A stretch of 64,000 bases of DNA, from positions 8,806,001 through 8,870,000 of the forward strand of contig CM075993.1 of assembly GCA_038087875.1 (NCBI GenBank), read 5' to 3'. Position numbers and translations under genes: made by a program. Of the stretch, positions 38,234-51,363 are shown piece after piece. This DNA comes from Malacoraja senta (taxonomy: Eukaryota). Under the pieces are notes generated by a model, which saw only the letters and a list, made by a program, of their open reading frames with translations, searched no databases and was not told where the DNA came from. Position 1 is the first letter of the stretch; every line of letters begins with the position of its first letter.

Positions 38234-39560
38234 CCTCATGCTTATGAGTTGCATACTCATGGCTGCTGGACCTGTGTGAATGTCAAAAATTGCTCTACTT
38301 TGATGTCAAATGAAAATAAAATCTGCCTTACAAAAAGGGCAATGTACAATGAAGGCGTCAATCACTGAAACTTGTGAATTGAATGTTACGATGGCATCAA
38401 AGAGCATGGCTTAACCTAAACCATGGCTATGAAATCCACACTTTTCTATGCAAGTTAATTTTTAAATTCACCCATTCCAGCTACTTGAAGTGCTTAGGCA
38501 CCTCTAATTACCACCTCCCCAGTTTCCTGAAGCTCTCATGGTCTCCTGACCCTCCTCCTATCAGTTATGATACCCAACTACAATGTGATCCATACTAATT
38601 TCACCAACTTGTTAACCTCTCTTCACCGTCAGCCCCATGATTTTCAATCCTGATTATCTCCTTCCAACTACTCTGCCTAACTGAAAGTGGAGGTAAACTG
38701 TTCAAAGTAGAGAAAGGGCATTTGGTGGGTTCTAAGTAAAGAACCTTGAGCCCTTGCATTTGGATCCCGCAGAAAACCCCGCGTAAGTGACAGGTGGGGT
38801 ACATCAACTCACAAACTACCCACTCATCCACCCCAACAGACATCTCCTGCCCCATTTGTGAAAGATTCAATGGCTCCCACATCGGCTTCATTAGCTACGG
38901 AATTCACAGAACCAGACTTGAAACAAGACATCCTCGATCATGAAAGATGTTCTAAGATAAAGTACATTTTTTGAAAGATTCCTAATGTTACTGTTTTCCA
39001 TTGCAACTTTTTATAACAGACTTTTGTGTTCATGTTAGTATGCAAGCGGGGGTTCGTTTATTGAATATATTTAATGAATTGATAGATTTTTAGCTTGAGG
39101 AATAGGCAGGCATGGAGCTGAAGATAAACCATGATCTAATTGAATGGCAGAGCATGCTTGCAGGGCCATATGGCCTTGTCCTGCTTTAATTGCTTATATC
39201 TTGAATCCAGTATTCTTCTTTTAAACAATATATAAAATAATAATTTAAAGCTATATTTTATCTGGTCAAATCATGTAAGATTAGTTCAGTATCAAAAAAT
39301 TGAATGATTAAGGCTTCACAAGTAATGAATGATTAAGGGCTGACAAAGTCTGGCTCATTAAATGCTGGCCACACTCTGGCATCCAGGAAACACAGTTACT
39401 TGTCATTTCCCCTTTAGCAAATACTTTTGAAGTGTAGTAAACCATACAGTCAGGAACCTGTCAATCATCTCCCACCGGTTATTTTGGAAACCCTATTGGA
39501 AAATAAAGCTTAATTTGATTAAATTTCAACAGCTCTGCATGTGCAAAATGCACCCCTTAC

Positions 39561-39758
39561 CTTGACAAGCTCCAGTTCGGATATTGGGAATAAAGCCACG
39601 GCGGCATGGTTGTGGCTGGGCAGGGCACATCTCACAGGGATGTCCCCACGCTCGTCCAACTGTTGCGCAGCAAAGGGTTTTGGTGCAGACAATGCCACTG
39701 AGTTGCCCTTGGCACATTTGGTTGTTTACTGATGTGAAACATGGTCCAGTCCTGTAAT
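39561..39758 (-). CDS. FBN2: Fibrillin internal exon, first hybrid (TB-like) domain, 198 bp
   Basis: Translates to (D)[65 protein letters not shown], near-identical to vertebrate fibrillin hybrid domain 1. Acceptor ttttag|AT, donor G|gtaag. NNQ and AQPQP favour FBN2, SGIV/TVGR are FBN1-like, so the paralog call is less sure than the fibrillin call. Confidence 0.9.
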
Positions 39759-41021
39759 CTAAAATAAATAGTTATGTTAGAAAACTGCATAATAATTAAG
39801 AAAGCCATTTTTTCAAAACTTTAGAAAAATCTTTCCTGATATCTAAATTATTTATCTTGAAGTTAAATAATATAAAATTATTCTTGACAGTACGTAATCA
39901 TTAAATTTGGCAAATGCCCAAATAGCAATTTTTAAAAATCTATTATCAAAATGCATTAACGTCCATCTAAGCAATATTTACACAAATATTAATGCTCCTA
40001 TATATATATATTGTTAAAAGCTTCAAAAAACACAGTGATGGAGTAACTCAGTAAATCAGTGGGTTCATCTGAACCGCTGAGTTACTCTAGCACTTTTTGT
40101 CTTTTTCTTTGTAAACCCGCATCTGAAGTTCCTTGTGTCAAAATGTTAAAAGGCTTTGTCAAGACAAAAAAATCACAAACTCCGCATTTTATAATTCTAT
40201 ATATTGTAGATATTCAATTTCAATATTAATATCATTTGACAAGTTAAATGAGTAGAGAGGAAAACAGCAAAAATATTTATTAGCAGTTATTCCAATTCCA
40301 AATAGTTAGTGGTAAAGATAGTATATGTATTTGATAGAATAAGGTCTGATGCTCCACTTATGGTTTAAAGGGGTGCAGGCACCTCAGATAGTCTAGCACC
40401 TAGATATAGTGAATAATGAGTGAAATGCAGTTGATATAAAAGTAATGAAGTTTTATTCTACTGCTGTATACAGTGCTGCAAGTCCAACAATTCCAATAGA
40501 TAGAATTAGAAAAGATTTATGATTACTGCTGAAGAAGTTGAAAAATATATCAATGTGTCAATAAGTCACTGTGAGGCGGCATGTGAATCCTCAAATGTGC
40601 TCGGTTGTAATTCTCAAGTCCCACCTGATCCTCCATCCCCTTGTTTTAGTGTACGAAAATCTATCAATCTTAATAACAAAGCATAGTAAAAAAAAAATTA
40701 AAAAAATCTTTCAATAAAGTGCAAAATGAACAAATCCCTATGATGCCAAGATCTACCTTTTCTGATCTGAGGAAACAGCTTCTATCCGTTAATCCCTCTC
40801 ACAATCCTTTATCACTCAATGAGATCAGCTCTAATTCCTATAGAAACCAGTGAATTGAAGCTAATTTTACATCGATTTTTTTTAAAGTATAACCAAATTG
40901 CAGCATGAATCAATTTAATGAATCTACTTTGCATTGCAACCCTGGAGTCAATAATGCATTAAGGTGCAAGAATTTCTTATTCTTATCTTTTAGGCAGTCA
41001 CTTGGGATCAAGGGTGACTTA

Positions 41022-41576
41022 AGGGCCTGTACCACTTCGGCGTCATTTACGCGACAGGCCAGCAGTGACCGACGCACGAAAGTCGCGCGGAAATCGTCTA
41101 GCAGTACGACAGTCGTGCTCCAAGTAGCGCCCGTCTCCGTGGCAAGGATTTTCCCAGTGAAAATGTTTCAAAACTCGGCGCGCTTTATACCTGGGTGATC
41201 ACGTGGTGCAGCGTTCAAATGACGTGGCTAACGGGCGGCGACGCATGATTACGGACATTGACGCATGGTGACGCATAATAAATGAGCATAGGCAATGTTT
41301 GCGGGTCACCGTACATATACATTGCGTCAACACGCGCTACACGTACGCCATCAGTACATCAGTGTACGCCATCAGTACGTCAGCGTGCGCAAGGGATACG
41401 TCACGCAGGTGGCGCGCGAGGATTTTGAAAATTCCAAAATCCTGGGGCAATAGAGAAGCACCGCGCGTTACCGCGCATCACTGCATACTCCACCATGCGC
41501 GCGTCATGACGCACTAACCAATTTTTAGGATGTCGCGTAAATGACACACAAATGATGCCCAAGTGGGACAGGCCCT
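41022..41576. mobile_element. PIF/Harbinger-like MITE
   Basis: TIRs AGGGCCTGT(A/C)CCACTT plus subterminal GTCATTTACGCGAC/GTCGCGTAAATGAC; flanks TTA/TGA (imperfect 3-bp TSD); CpG-rich non-coding interior. Confidence 0.7.
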
Positions 41577-41934
41577 TGACGTTTACTGGTTCTGTAAATT
41601 CTGAGATGACTGTGGAGCCACCTGCAGACAAGGCAAGGTGGAAAGTGGGGAAAAGAGAGAAAGGACCAGGGTAAAGACCATGAGTGAGAGACAGAGTGGG
41701 TGGGCGTGAAGGATAGAGTTGTAGATTGGAGATTGCGAGGGGAATGATGGAGGAAAATAGGAGCTGTAATTGAGTCTGGCATGGGAAGAGTGGATAGCAT
41801 GGAAATCTGTCGTTGTGAAGAAAATGATAGGTAAATTGGTGGTGAAAAAGACAGAAAATGGTGTTTGTGGAAGCAAATACAGGAGGGAGGGGTTGTGATT
41901 TCGCTCAATCCCAAAACTGTAGGGGTCTTCATTG

Positions 41935-42670
41935 TTTAGTTTTGTCAAGTACAGTGAATTATTATTGAGGTTCAGTGAAAAGCTTTTTGTTGTGTACTAA
42001 CCAATCAGTGAAAAAATTACACATGATTATAGTCAAGCTGTCCACAGTGTGCAGATGTAGGATAAAGGGTATAACGTTTAGTGCAAGATGAAGTCCTGTA
42101 AAGTCTGATTAAAGATAGTTATGAAGGTCTCCAATGAGGTCGATGGGAGGTCAGGACCGCTTTCTAGTTGGTGAGAGGATAGTTCAGTTGCCTGCGAAAA
42201 CAGCTGGGAAGAAACTGTCCCTGAATCTGGATGGAATGCGTTTTCAAACTTCTGTACCTCTTGCCAGATGGGAGAGGGGAGAAGAGGGAGTGACAGGGGT
42301 GAGACTTGCCCTCAATTATGCTGGCGGCCTTGCCGAGGCAGCATGAAGCGTAACTGGAGTCAATGGAAATGTGGCTGGTTTGCGGGATGGTCTGGGATAT
42401 GTCCGCAACACTATGCAATTTATTTTGGTCTTGGATGGAGCTGTTCCCAAACCATGCTTTAATTCATCCCGATAAAATGCTTTCTACAGCACACCAGTAG
42501 GAGTTGATGAGGGTTGTTGGGTATATGCCAAACTTCCTAAGCCTTCTAAGAAAGTTGAGATATTGGTGTGCTTTCTTGGCCATTGCTTTGATGCGACTGG
42601 TCCAGGACAAGTCGCTGGTGATATATATTCCTAAGAACATCCATCTCTACTTTGGCTCCATCAATGTCTT
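41935..42670 (-). mobile_element. Decayed Rex1/Babar 3' fragment
   Basis: HPCHSLFSPLPSGKRYRSLKT; same subfamily 3' UTR as 4848-5400. Confidence 0.8.
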
Positions 42671-43421
42671 ATTTGGCATGCACTCCACGAAGTACTTGCT
42701 GATGAAATCAGTGACATACTCATTTAGGTGTCCTCTTCTTTTTTTTTTTTTTTTAACCTTTCTTCATTCTCTATCCCTTGATCAATACATTCTCACTCCT
42801 ACTTTCATTCTCTGCTTACAACCCTTTTCTGTGCTCCTCCCATATTGATTGCAATGGTTTCTGACAATAACTAATAGCTGATGTTAAGCAGGAACGATCT
42901 GCCAACCGAGTATTGGGAGTAGACTAAAGAATGGGTTCAATGAAGGATGTTTGGGGCATTGGGGAATGCCAAGTCAACAAACTGGGCATCAGCAGGAAAA
43001 TAATTTCAAAACTCTTTCTCCTATTAGCTCCCTGCTAAACTACATAATATGTCACTTTATATTACATTAACTGTAATTACATTGTAATTAAGTGACAGCC
43101 CTAACATCAAGCCAGAATTACTTTCACAACCATGTTCAGCAGATACCTTGTTTCTACAATTGCAATGGTACACTCTGAAACAATCGAAACAAATTGGATT
43201 TGATTACTGGTAATACATTAATAATAATAATAATAATAGATTTTATTTATATAGCGCTAGGTCTTTATCTTTCATGCTGAAATACTGTTCATCGTGGAAA
43301 CACAAGGAACTGCAGAGGCTGGAATCTTGGACAAAACACAACGTGCTGGAGGAACTCAGCTGGTCAGGCAACATCTGTGGAGGGACTGGAGAAGCAACAT
43401 TTTGGACTGAATGGCTACTTG

Positions 43422-44622
43422 TAGCGATGTTACAAAACCTACTTTCAGCGGCGCTGCAGTTCTGCCACTGGCCGTGGGCGCGACTCTGGCACCTTTGAGG
43501 AGGAGGGGGCGGGATTAAAATGCAGTTTTGTACTGCCTGTCAGAGGTGGATTTCCTCGGAGTGCTAGCTGATGAAGAAAATCGATCGGACTTCCGTTCCC
43601 GGTTTATTTAATAAAAAATTCGCTGGACAATTTAATAATTGGATTTAAATAAAAAGCGACTTCTAACACCCTCAACGCCTACAATGTGACGGATCGCAAG
43701 AATTGGACAAAACAAAGGGTAAGTCGTTTATTTTACATATAATCTTGCTTCTTGGGATGGCTTTAATCTAATTTTACGTTGCGAAAATTTTATTTGGGCC
43801 CCTTACGAACCGGCCATGTCTTTCCTGCTGATATGGGGTTCAATTTGACCGCAACCGCAACGTTCCAATCGATCGCGTTCCAGAATTACCCACTCGCAAG
43901 ATGATTAAAATGCTCCATTTTTTTGGACAATCATGTCATAAGCCATCTAAATTGTCTACATTTTGGATTATTCTCTCTCCATGATCATTATTTTTAAACT
44001 AAATATTCACAACAGTTTGAGTCACATGTATTGTGCAAAAAACAATAATTTTGATTATATTTTGAGTGGATGTTTCTGGATTAATTTATGGGAATTAAGC
44101 ATTACATTCGTTCCATTTGGCCTATAAGTTCATGAAAGTGAGATTTAAAAATCATGTTATATTGTAAATTTTTGTGTGAATGTTATTTGGACACTTAGGC
44201 TATTTAAAAATGTTAACCTTTTCTTAAGAAATGGATAGATGTTTAGATCTAGTAATTGAATTTAGATGAATTTAATTGATGAAATTGATTTGATGAATGA
44301 TGAATATGAATTTCTTGTTGGGTATTTACTATTTGTTTTAGCGTTTAACTTTATCTATAATAACTGAAAAAATCATTCTGTTCTCTTAATTTTTAAGAAA
44401 GTTATAGGCTTTTGACTGTTCTCGATCACAGCTTTTGAGTTAACTCAATGGAAAAGCAATAGGGAACAAGATGCTAATTTCCGAGTATGAAAATGGCCAT
44501 AACTTTTTAAATACTGAAGAAATGAAAGTGAATTAGACAAATTAAACTTCTTTTTATGCTTTATCTGATGGGATAAATTGCAGACTTGATTTTTAAAATC
44601 TCAAAATGTTGTAACATTGCTA
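43422..44622. mobile_element. Non-autonomous TIR DNA transposon (hAT-like), copy A
   Basis: TIRs TAGCGATGTTACAA/TTGTAACATTGCTA; flanks CTACTTG/CTACGTG; colinear with 51878-52860. Confidence 0.8.
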
Positions 44623-45982
44623 CTACGTGGCACTAAGAATTTGCTGAATTAGATACAATTTAGAAGAAAATCTGAACTTCTGTGGACCTTAAGCAGCAGC
44701 AGGATTATCTATATACAGATGAGCCATCTGGAACACCTGGGGAACTATGTAAGGATTATTTTTATTGACTATAGATCAGTTTTCAATACAATCATCCCTG
44801 ACATACTAGTCAACAAGCTGTCGGACTTAGTCTTCCCCCCTCTTGCCTGGATAAAGGACTTCATCAATAACCGCCCACAAACAGTGAAAATGGGCCCCTA
44901 CTGCTCCTCCACCCTCACTCTCAGCACTGGTTCTCCACAGGGCTGTGTGCTGAGTCCACTCCTCTATACTCTGTACACTTACGACTGCACTCCCATCCAC
45001 TCCACAAACTCCATTATTAAATTCGCGGATGACACCACAGTGGTCGGACTCATATCAGGAGGAGACGAGGCAGCGTACAGAGATGAGGTCCTGAAGCTGT
45101 CAGAATGGTGTTTCGTGAACTACCTGGCACTTAATATCAGCAAAACAAAGGAAATGGTCATCGACTTCAGAAGGCACAGAGCGGACATGCCCCGCTCATC
45201 ATCAACAGGGACTGTGTCGAGAGGGTTTCCACCTTCAAATTCCTGGGAACGCACATCGTGGAGGACCACTCCTGGTGTGCCAACACTTCAGTGGAGGTAA
45301 AAAAGACCGAGCAGCGATTGCACTTCCTGAGAGTGCAAAAGGAAGAACAGTTTAGAGGAGAAGCTACTAGTGACCTTCTACCGCTCCCCCATCGAGAATG
45401 TGCTGGCATATTGTATCACGGTGTGGCATGCCGGCTGCTCAGCAGCAGAAAGGAGAGCACTGCAGAGAGTGATCAAAACTGCGCAGAAAATCATCGGCTG
45501 CCCTCTGCCTTCCCTGGATGCCATCTCCAGCTCTCAGTGCCTCCATAGAGCCAGGAAAATAATCAAAGACCCCTTCCATCCTGGACAGTCACTGTTCAAC
45601 CTCCTGCCCTCTGGTAAGCGGTTCAGGTGCGTCAAAAGCCGGACAAACAGGACTTCCGGTGGCGCCATGTTAGATTAACAGACGTGCACCTAGCTCCACT
45701 CTCGAAAAATGTTCACGATTTTTCGTGTAAAACGGGTCCACAAGTCGGGACTGGATTAAAAACCTTACCGGAGCTTCTGGTCGCCGGGCTGATGACGTCA
45801 TCAGTAAACGCGATGTTTTAAACGGTGGTTTAAAGACTTTTAAATGAGTAAACTGTCTCCAGCCAAGAGCCCTCAGAGATCAGTGAAAAAGCTGCTGAGA
45901 AACCAGAAGAAGCCTGAAGGAGAAGTTACCTCTGAAGCTTCTGAAGTGGCTGCAGAAATGGATACAAGATCTAAGACAAGAG

Positions 45983-46933
45983 TTGGGTAAGGACAAAGAG
46001 TTTGATGATTTGAAGAAATCAGTGAAAGATATGAAAGATGAAATTTTGGATGAAAATAAAACTGATGGGAAAAATGATGGAAAAAATCGAAAAGATGATG
46101 CTGATTCGAATGCTGGTAATCAGAAGGCTATTGATGCTGGTAATCAGAAGGTGATTGATTCACTTGACACTATAAATAAACAAATTGATGATGTGAAAGA
46201 TGGACTATCGGGCAGAATGGACAAGATGGATAAAATTACTACGGACAGGTTCATGGCTGTGCTTGAAACAGTAGCTGCAAGTATGCGCACAATTACGGAA
46301 TTGGAGAAATATATGGCTCGAGTGGTTGAAGACATGGCGAAAATGAGGCAAGAACATGATCAAAGGAAGCAAGAATATGAGCAAACTTCACTACAGATGG
46401 TGATTCAACTGGGGAAAGTCTCAGACAAATGCCTGGACCTGGAAGCTCACTCTAGACGCCAGAATTTGAGAATTCTTGGAGTCTCAGAGGGAGTCGAGGG
46501 GAAGGACGTTCGTGAGTTTGTCATGGGCTTACTTAAACAACTGCTTAATCTTTCCAAAGAACCGAAAATTGAAGTGGCTCATCGTGTTCCAAGATTTAAA
46601 CAGAGATCTGATGCTGGAAAAAACCATCCACAACATATTATTGTGAAATTTCGGGACATTTTAGAACTGGAAGATGTCATGAGCAAAATCAAATACGGAG
46701 TGCAGCTACGGATGGACAATGACATTATCAAAATATTCAGGGACTATCCGTATGAAATTGTGCAAAAGAGAAATCAATTCGAGAAGGTTAAAGAGCTTTT
46801 AAGAGGGAAACAAGGTGTCAGATACGGTGTTTTTTATCCAGCTAAAATGCGTATTTCTTTTAAGGATTCTGAAAAGTCATTTGTAAAACCTGAGGATGCG
46901 TACAAATATGCCCAGAGCATCGTTGAAAAATAG
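45983..46933 (+). CDS. L1 ORF1p (coiled coil plus RRM/CTD); true start uncertain
   Basis: LDLEAHSRRQNLRILGVSEG, IEVAHRV, IIVKF, IFRDY, YPAKMRI. Listed start is not ATG; upstream ATGs are out of frame. Confidence 0.8.
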   Translation: MGKDKEFDDLKKSVKDMKDEILDENKTDGKNDGKNRKDDADSNAGNQKAIDAGNQKVIDSLDTINKQIDDVKDGLSGRMDKMDKITTDRFMAVLETVAASMRTITELEKYMARVVEDMAKMRQEHDQRKQEYEQTSLQMVIQLGKVSDKCLDLEAHSRRQNLRILGVSEGVEGKDVREFVMGLLKQLLNLSKEPKIEVAHRVPRFKQRSDAGKNHPQHIIVKFRDILELEDVMSKIKYGVQLRMDNDIIKIFRDYPYEIVQKRNQFEKVKELLRGKQGVRYGVFYPAKMRISFKDSEKSFVKPEDAYKYAQSIVEK

Positions 46934-47626
46934 AAATTAATAGTATGAATTAATTCTAAAACACTAGAATTCCACGGTTAATGGAGGTTTGGCAGATTAG
47001 AGCCATTCCAAGCAGTGTTTTGTTTGGGATGGCTAGACTGTTATCTATGGAATTTTGAATCAAGGACACTCTCTGTTCAAAACGAGTAAACAGCTGAACT
47101 GAAGTGAATGGTATATACCAGAAGTATTATCTGTTTAATAGACTACAATATTAAATCCAATTGTAAGAATTCATCCTATTAACAACCTAATAAGTTATCT
47201 ATGTTAGATTATAATAGCTACGGACGCTAATAAAAATAAAAAAATAAAAAATAACGAACTAACAAAACTAATATGAATTTTTACTAAATTCAAACCTTAT
47301 CTATAACTGGGAGGAGGGGATGAGAAACGAGCACCTGGCTTAGGTCCAGGGGCACGTCTCGTTAACCCCTTCAACCAACAGTTGACTATTATTGAAGTAA
47401 AAATCATTTGTTTAATAATTAGTAGCTAAAATTGCGATATATACATGATATGTTATAATGAAATATATAGGGTAAACACATAAACTCACATGTTTGTGTT
47501 TTGTGTTTAGTGATAAGCGTAAAAGGGATATACCAACAAAACTTAGAAATTCAAAAGTTCCCCCAATACCTAAAGACCTGGGATATGGATGCACCACAAG
47601 ATTTAAAGGTACTATAATTATTCAAA

Positions 47627-50600
47627 ATGCAAGATGCTAAGCAAAAGAACCTAGGAGGAGTCTCATTCTGTAGTTGGAATATAAGAGATACTAGCTCAGC
47701 TGAAACTGTACAATTCTGACATTATCTTCTTATAAGAAACTCATCTAAAATCTCATGATCAAGCTAGGTTGAGGGCGAAATGGATAGGTCAAACATACAA
47801 TTCTTCATTTACTTCGAAATCTAGAGGTACGTCAATCATTATAAGAAAAGGTATACCATTTAAAGCAAAGAATACCATAACAGACATCGAAGGGAGATAC
47901 TTAATAGTTAATGGAGAAATTCATGATACTCCAATTACCTTGGTAAATATATACGCGCCTAACTTTGACAACCCTCATTTTTTCAATAAAATTTTGAACA
48001 TAATCGCAGAGTCCAACTATCAAAATGTTATAATAGGAGGAGACTTTAACTGTGTTTTAGATCCGTATTTAGATAAATCAAGCCAAAAACAGAGAGGGAA
48101 TACGAAATTTAAAACCGGTGAACTTCTAAATACTTATATAAACAATACTAATATAGCATAAGTTTGGAGAATTGTTAATCCAACTGGCAGGGAATACTCG
48201 TTTTATTCAATGGTACACAAAACATACTCACGTATAGATTATTTCCTGGTGGACACAAAATTAATCCCTCATACTTTTAACCCAACATACCATACAAATT
48301 CGATTTCAGACCATTCACCACTAACTTTCTTTTTAAAACTGGAAGGAATGTCTAAGAATAAACCGTTTTGGAGATTTAATTCTCACATCCTAAAAGATCC
48401 ACGAGTATATATTTAAAAGAACAAATGGATGCCTTTTTAAAAAATAAATGACACTCCAGATATATCGCCTACTGTATTATGGGAATCTTTTAAAGCATAC
48501 ATTAGAGGTATTATAATTTCATATCAAGCTTTTCAAAATAAAAATAATAATAATGAACAAAGACAGTTAGAGGAACTTATTAGACAAATGGATATAGATA
48601 ATGCTAAAGATCCATCAATAGATAAACATAATAAAATAATAATTTTGAAATTTAAATTAAATAAATTATTATCAACCAAACTGATAAGACTTTTTCAAAT
48701 TACAAAACAAGAGCACTTTGAATTTGGGGATAAACCGCATAAACGTTTGGCTCGCCAGCTAAAAAAACGAGAAAAAGAACATATGATCCCAAAGATTAAA
48801 TCAGATAGAGGGGAATTATTAACCATACCGAAGGATATTAATAAAAGATTTGCGCAATTTTATGAGAATTTGTATACATCTAAAACGACAACTGACTCCT
48901 ATAAAATTAGAGTTTTTGGATAATTGTAATCTTCCAAAGTTAGAGTTGAAGGAACAAGAGGAATTGGGAGCACAAATCTCAATTAAGGAATTAGAAGATA
49001 CAATAAACTCATTAAAGAATGGAAAAACACCAGGTCCTGATGGATTTACTAATGAATTTTATAAAAGCTTCTATGACAAAATTATACGATTACAAAAAAT
49101 GTACCAATATGCTTTTAAAAAACAAATACTACCTGATACATTAGCTGAATCAACGATTACACTAATACTTAAAAAAGACAAAGTTATAGAAGAACCGGGT
49201 TCATATAGAGCTATAGCATTGTTAAACACAGATCAAAAAATATTAGCGAAAACACTAGCTAGAAGATTAAGTAAATATATTAGTAAACTAATAAACCCAG
49301 ATCAGACGGGGTTTATCCCTAAGAGATATTCATCTAACAATATGAGACGTTTACTCTACATAATGCACTCACATAAATCTGAAGAACAAGAATTATCAAT
49401 TATTTCGCTGGACGCTGAAAAAGCATTTGACCAAGTAGAATGGAATTATATGGATAAAGTATTACAAAAATTCAAACTGGGAGAGAATTTTATTTTATGG
49501 ATTAAACTATTATATAATAAACCTACAGCTAGAATATTAACTAATAACATATTATCCTCGAAATTTCAACTATCAAGGGGAAATAGACAAGGATGCTCAT
49601 TATCACCACAATTGTTTGCTTTTATAATTGAACCGTTAGCAGAAAAAATTAGAATACATCCTGATATCCATGGGTATAATACTAAATATTCAAATAATAA
49701 AATATCTTTATATGCGGATGATACATTACAAAACCTCAAATCACTATACCAAATATATTAAATTTAATTGAAGACTTTGGATCTTTTTCTGGGTACAGAA
49801 TAAATTGGAATAAAAGTGAAATTATGTCAATAAAACCGAAAGATGCAACACATCTTTTAAAATTCCCTTTTAAAATAGCCACAGAAAAATTTAAATACCT
49901 GGGAATCGAAATTACTAGAACATATCAAGGTATGTTTAAAGCAAATTTTGATCCTCTACTTAATAAATTAAACACACTAATTAAATTTTGGGAAACTCTC
50001 CCGATGTCTTTAATAGGCCGAATAAATGCAATAAAAATGATCTTCCTACCACAAATTATATACCTATTTCAATTGATTCCTATATACCTACCAAAGAAGT
50101 TTTTTTTTAAACTGTACTCAGATATTACTAATTTTATATGGGACTATAAATCACATAGAATACAAAGAACACACTTGAACAAACCTAAAGTATTAGGGGG
50201 CTTAGCACTCCCTAACTTCATGTATTATTATTGGTCAGTAAATATTAAAAATATGATTCAACTGATGGATAACTCTGCCCAGCAAGTGGACTGGATTGTA
50301 ATGGAGAGAGAGGACTGCTCCTCTGGAAACATTGGAGCGATCCTCCTCTCACCAATGAAACTGAATAACATAAATTATAATAAGAACCCAATTATACATA
50401 GTACAATCAGAACTTGGAAACAAATAAAACAAAATTTAAAATTAAGAAATTTATCACTTTTAACTCCCATAGTTAATAATCCTTCGTTTAATCCCTCTAT
50501 TACAGATAAATCTTTCACACAATGGGATAGACTAGGAATTAAAACGTTCGGTGACCTGTATGAAACTGGAAAATTACTATCATTTCAACAATTACAAATA

Positions 50601-51363
50601 AAATATAAACTCGGAAATAATCAATATTTTAAATATTTTCAAATATGTGACTATTTGAAAAAATATACAAAAGATCATTATAATAGCCCAGCAGATGTAT
50701 TGGATGATGCAATGCAGATAAAAGCTGAATCAGCAAACTTAATATCATATTTGTATAATATTATCTTAAATGTAGAAATACCATCTACGGAAGGTATTAG
50801 AAGAGACTGGGAACAAGAATTAGCTATTAAAATCTCAAAGGAAAGGTGGAATGAACTTATTAAACGTGCATAAATGTTCGATTAATGTAAGACACACTTT
50901 AATAGAATTTAAAATTTTACAGATTATATTATTCCAAAACTAAAATTAATAAAATTTTCCCAAATGTATCATCCATTTGTGATAAATGTCAATCTCAAGA
51001 AGCTACTATAGCGCACTCATTTGTTTTCTGTACAAAAATCCAAAAATTTTGGATTGAAATTTTTGAAATCTTTACAAAATTATTTAAAGTAAAACTGATA
51101 CCCAAAGTAGAATGGATTATCTTCGGAACAACGGAAGATAGTCCAGAACTAAATGTGTTCCAAAAGAAATTAATAGACTATGGGTTAATAACTGGAAAAA
51201 AGCTAATCCTAAAATTTTGGAAAAATGCTCCAATACCAACTATAAACATGTGGATTTCAAATATGTTCGAAACATTACACCTAGAAGAGATAAGCTCCTG
51301 GCAGGTAAACCAGATCACTTCCACCTGACGTGGTCTGCATTTATAGAATTATTACAAATATAG
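47627..51363 (+). pseudogene. L1 ORF2 (APE endonuclease plus RT), multiply frameshifted
   Basis: SWNIR, NIYAPN, GGDFN, YSRIDY, SDH, KTPGPDGF, SLDAEKAFD, RQGCSLSP, LYADD spread across several frames. Confidence 0.92.

Larger units (their letters stand above)
21632..39560 (-). other. 17.9-kb GT-AG intron between the two fibrillin exons
   Basis: Bounded by GTAAG and AG on the minus strand; the joined exons give contiguous fibrillin ...TGACQ-DVDEC... Confidence 0.88.
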
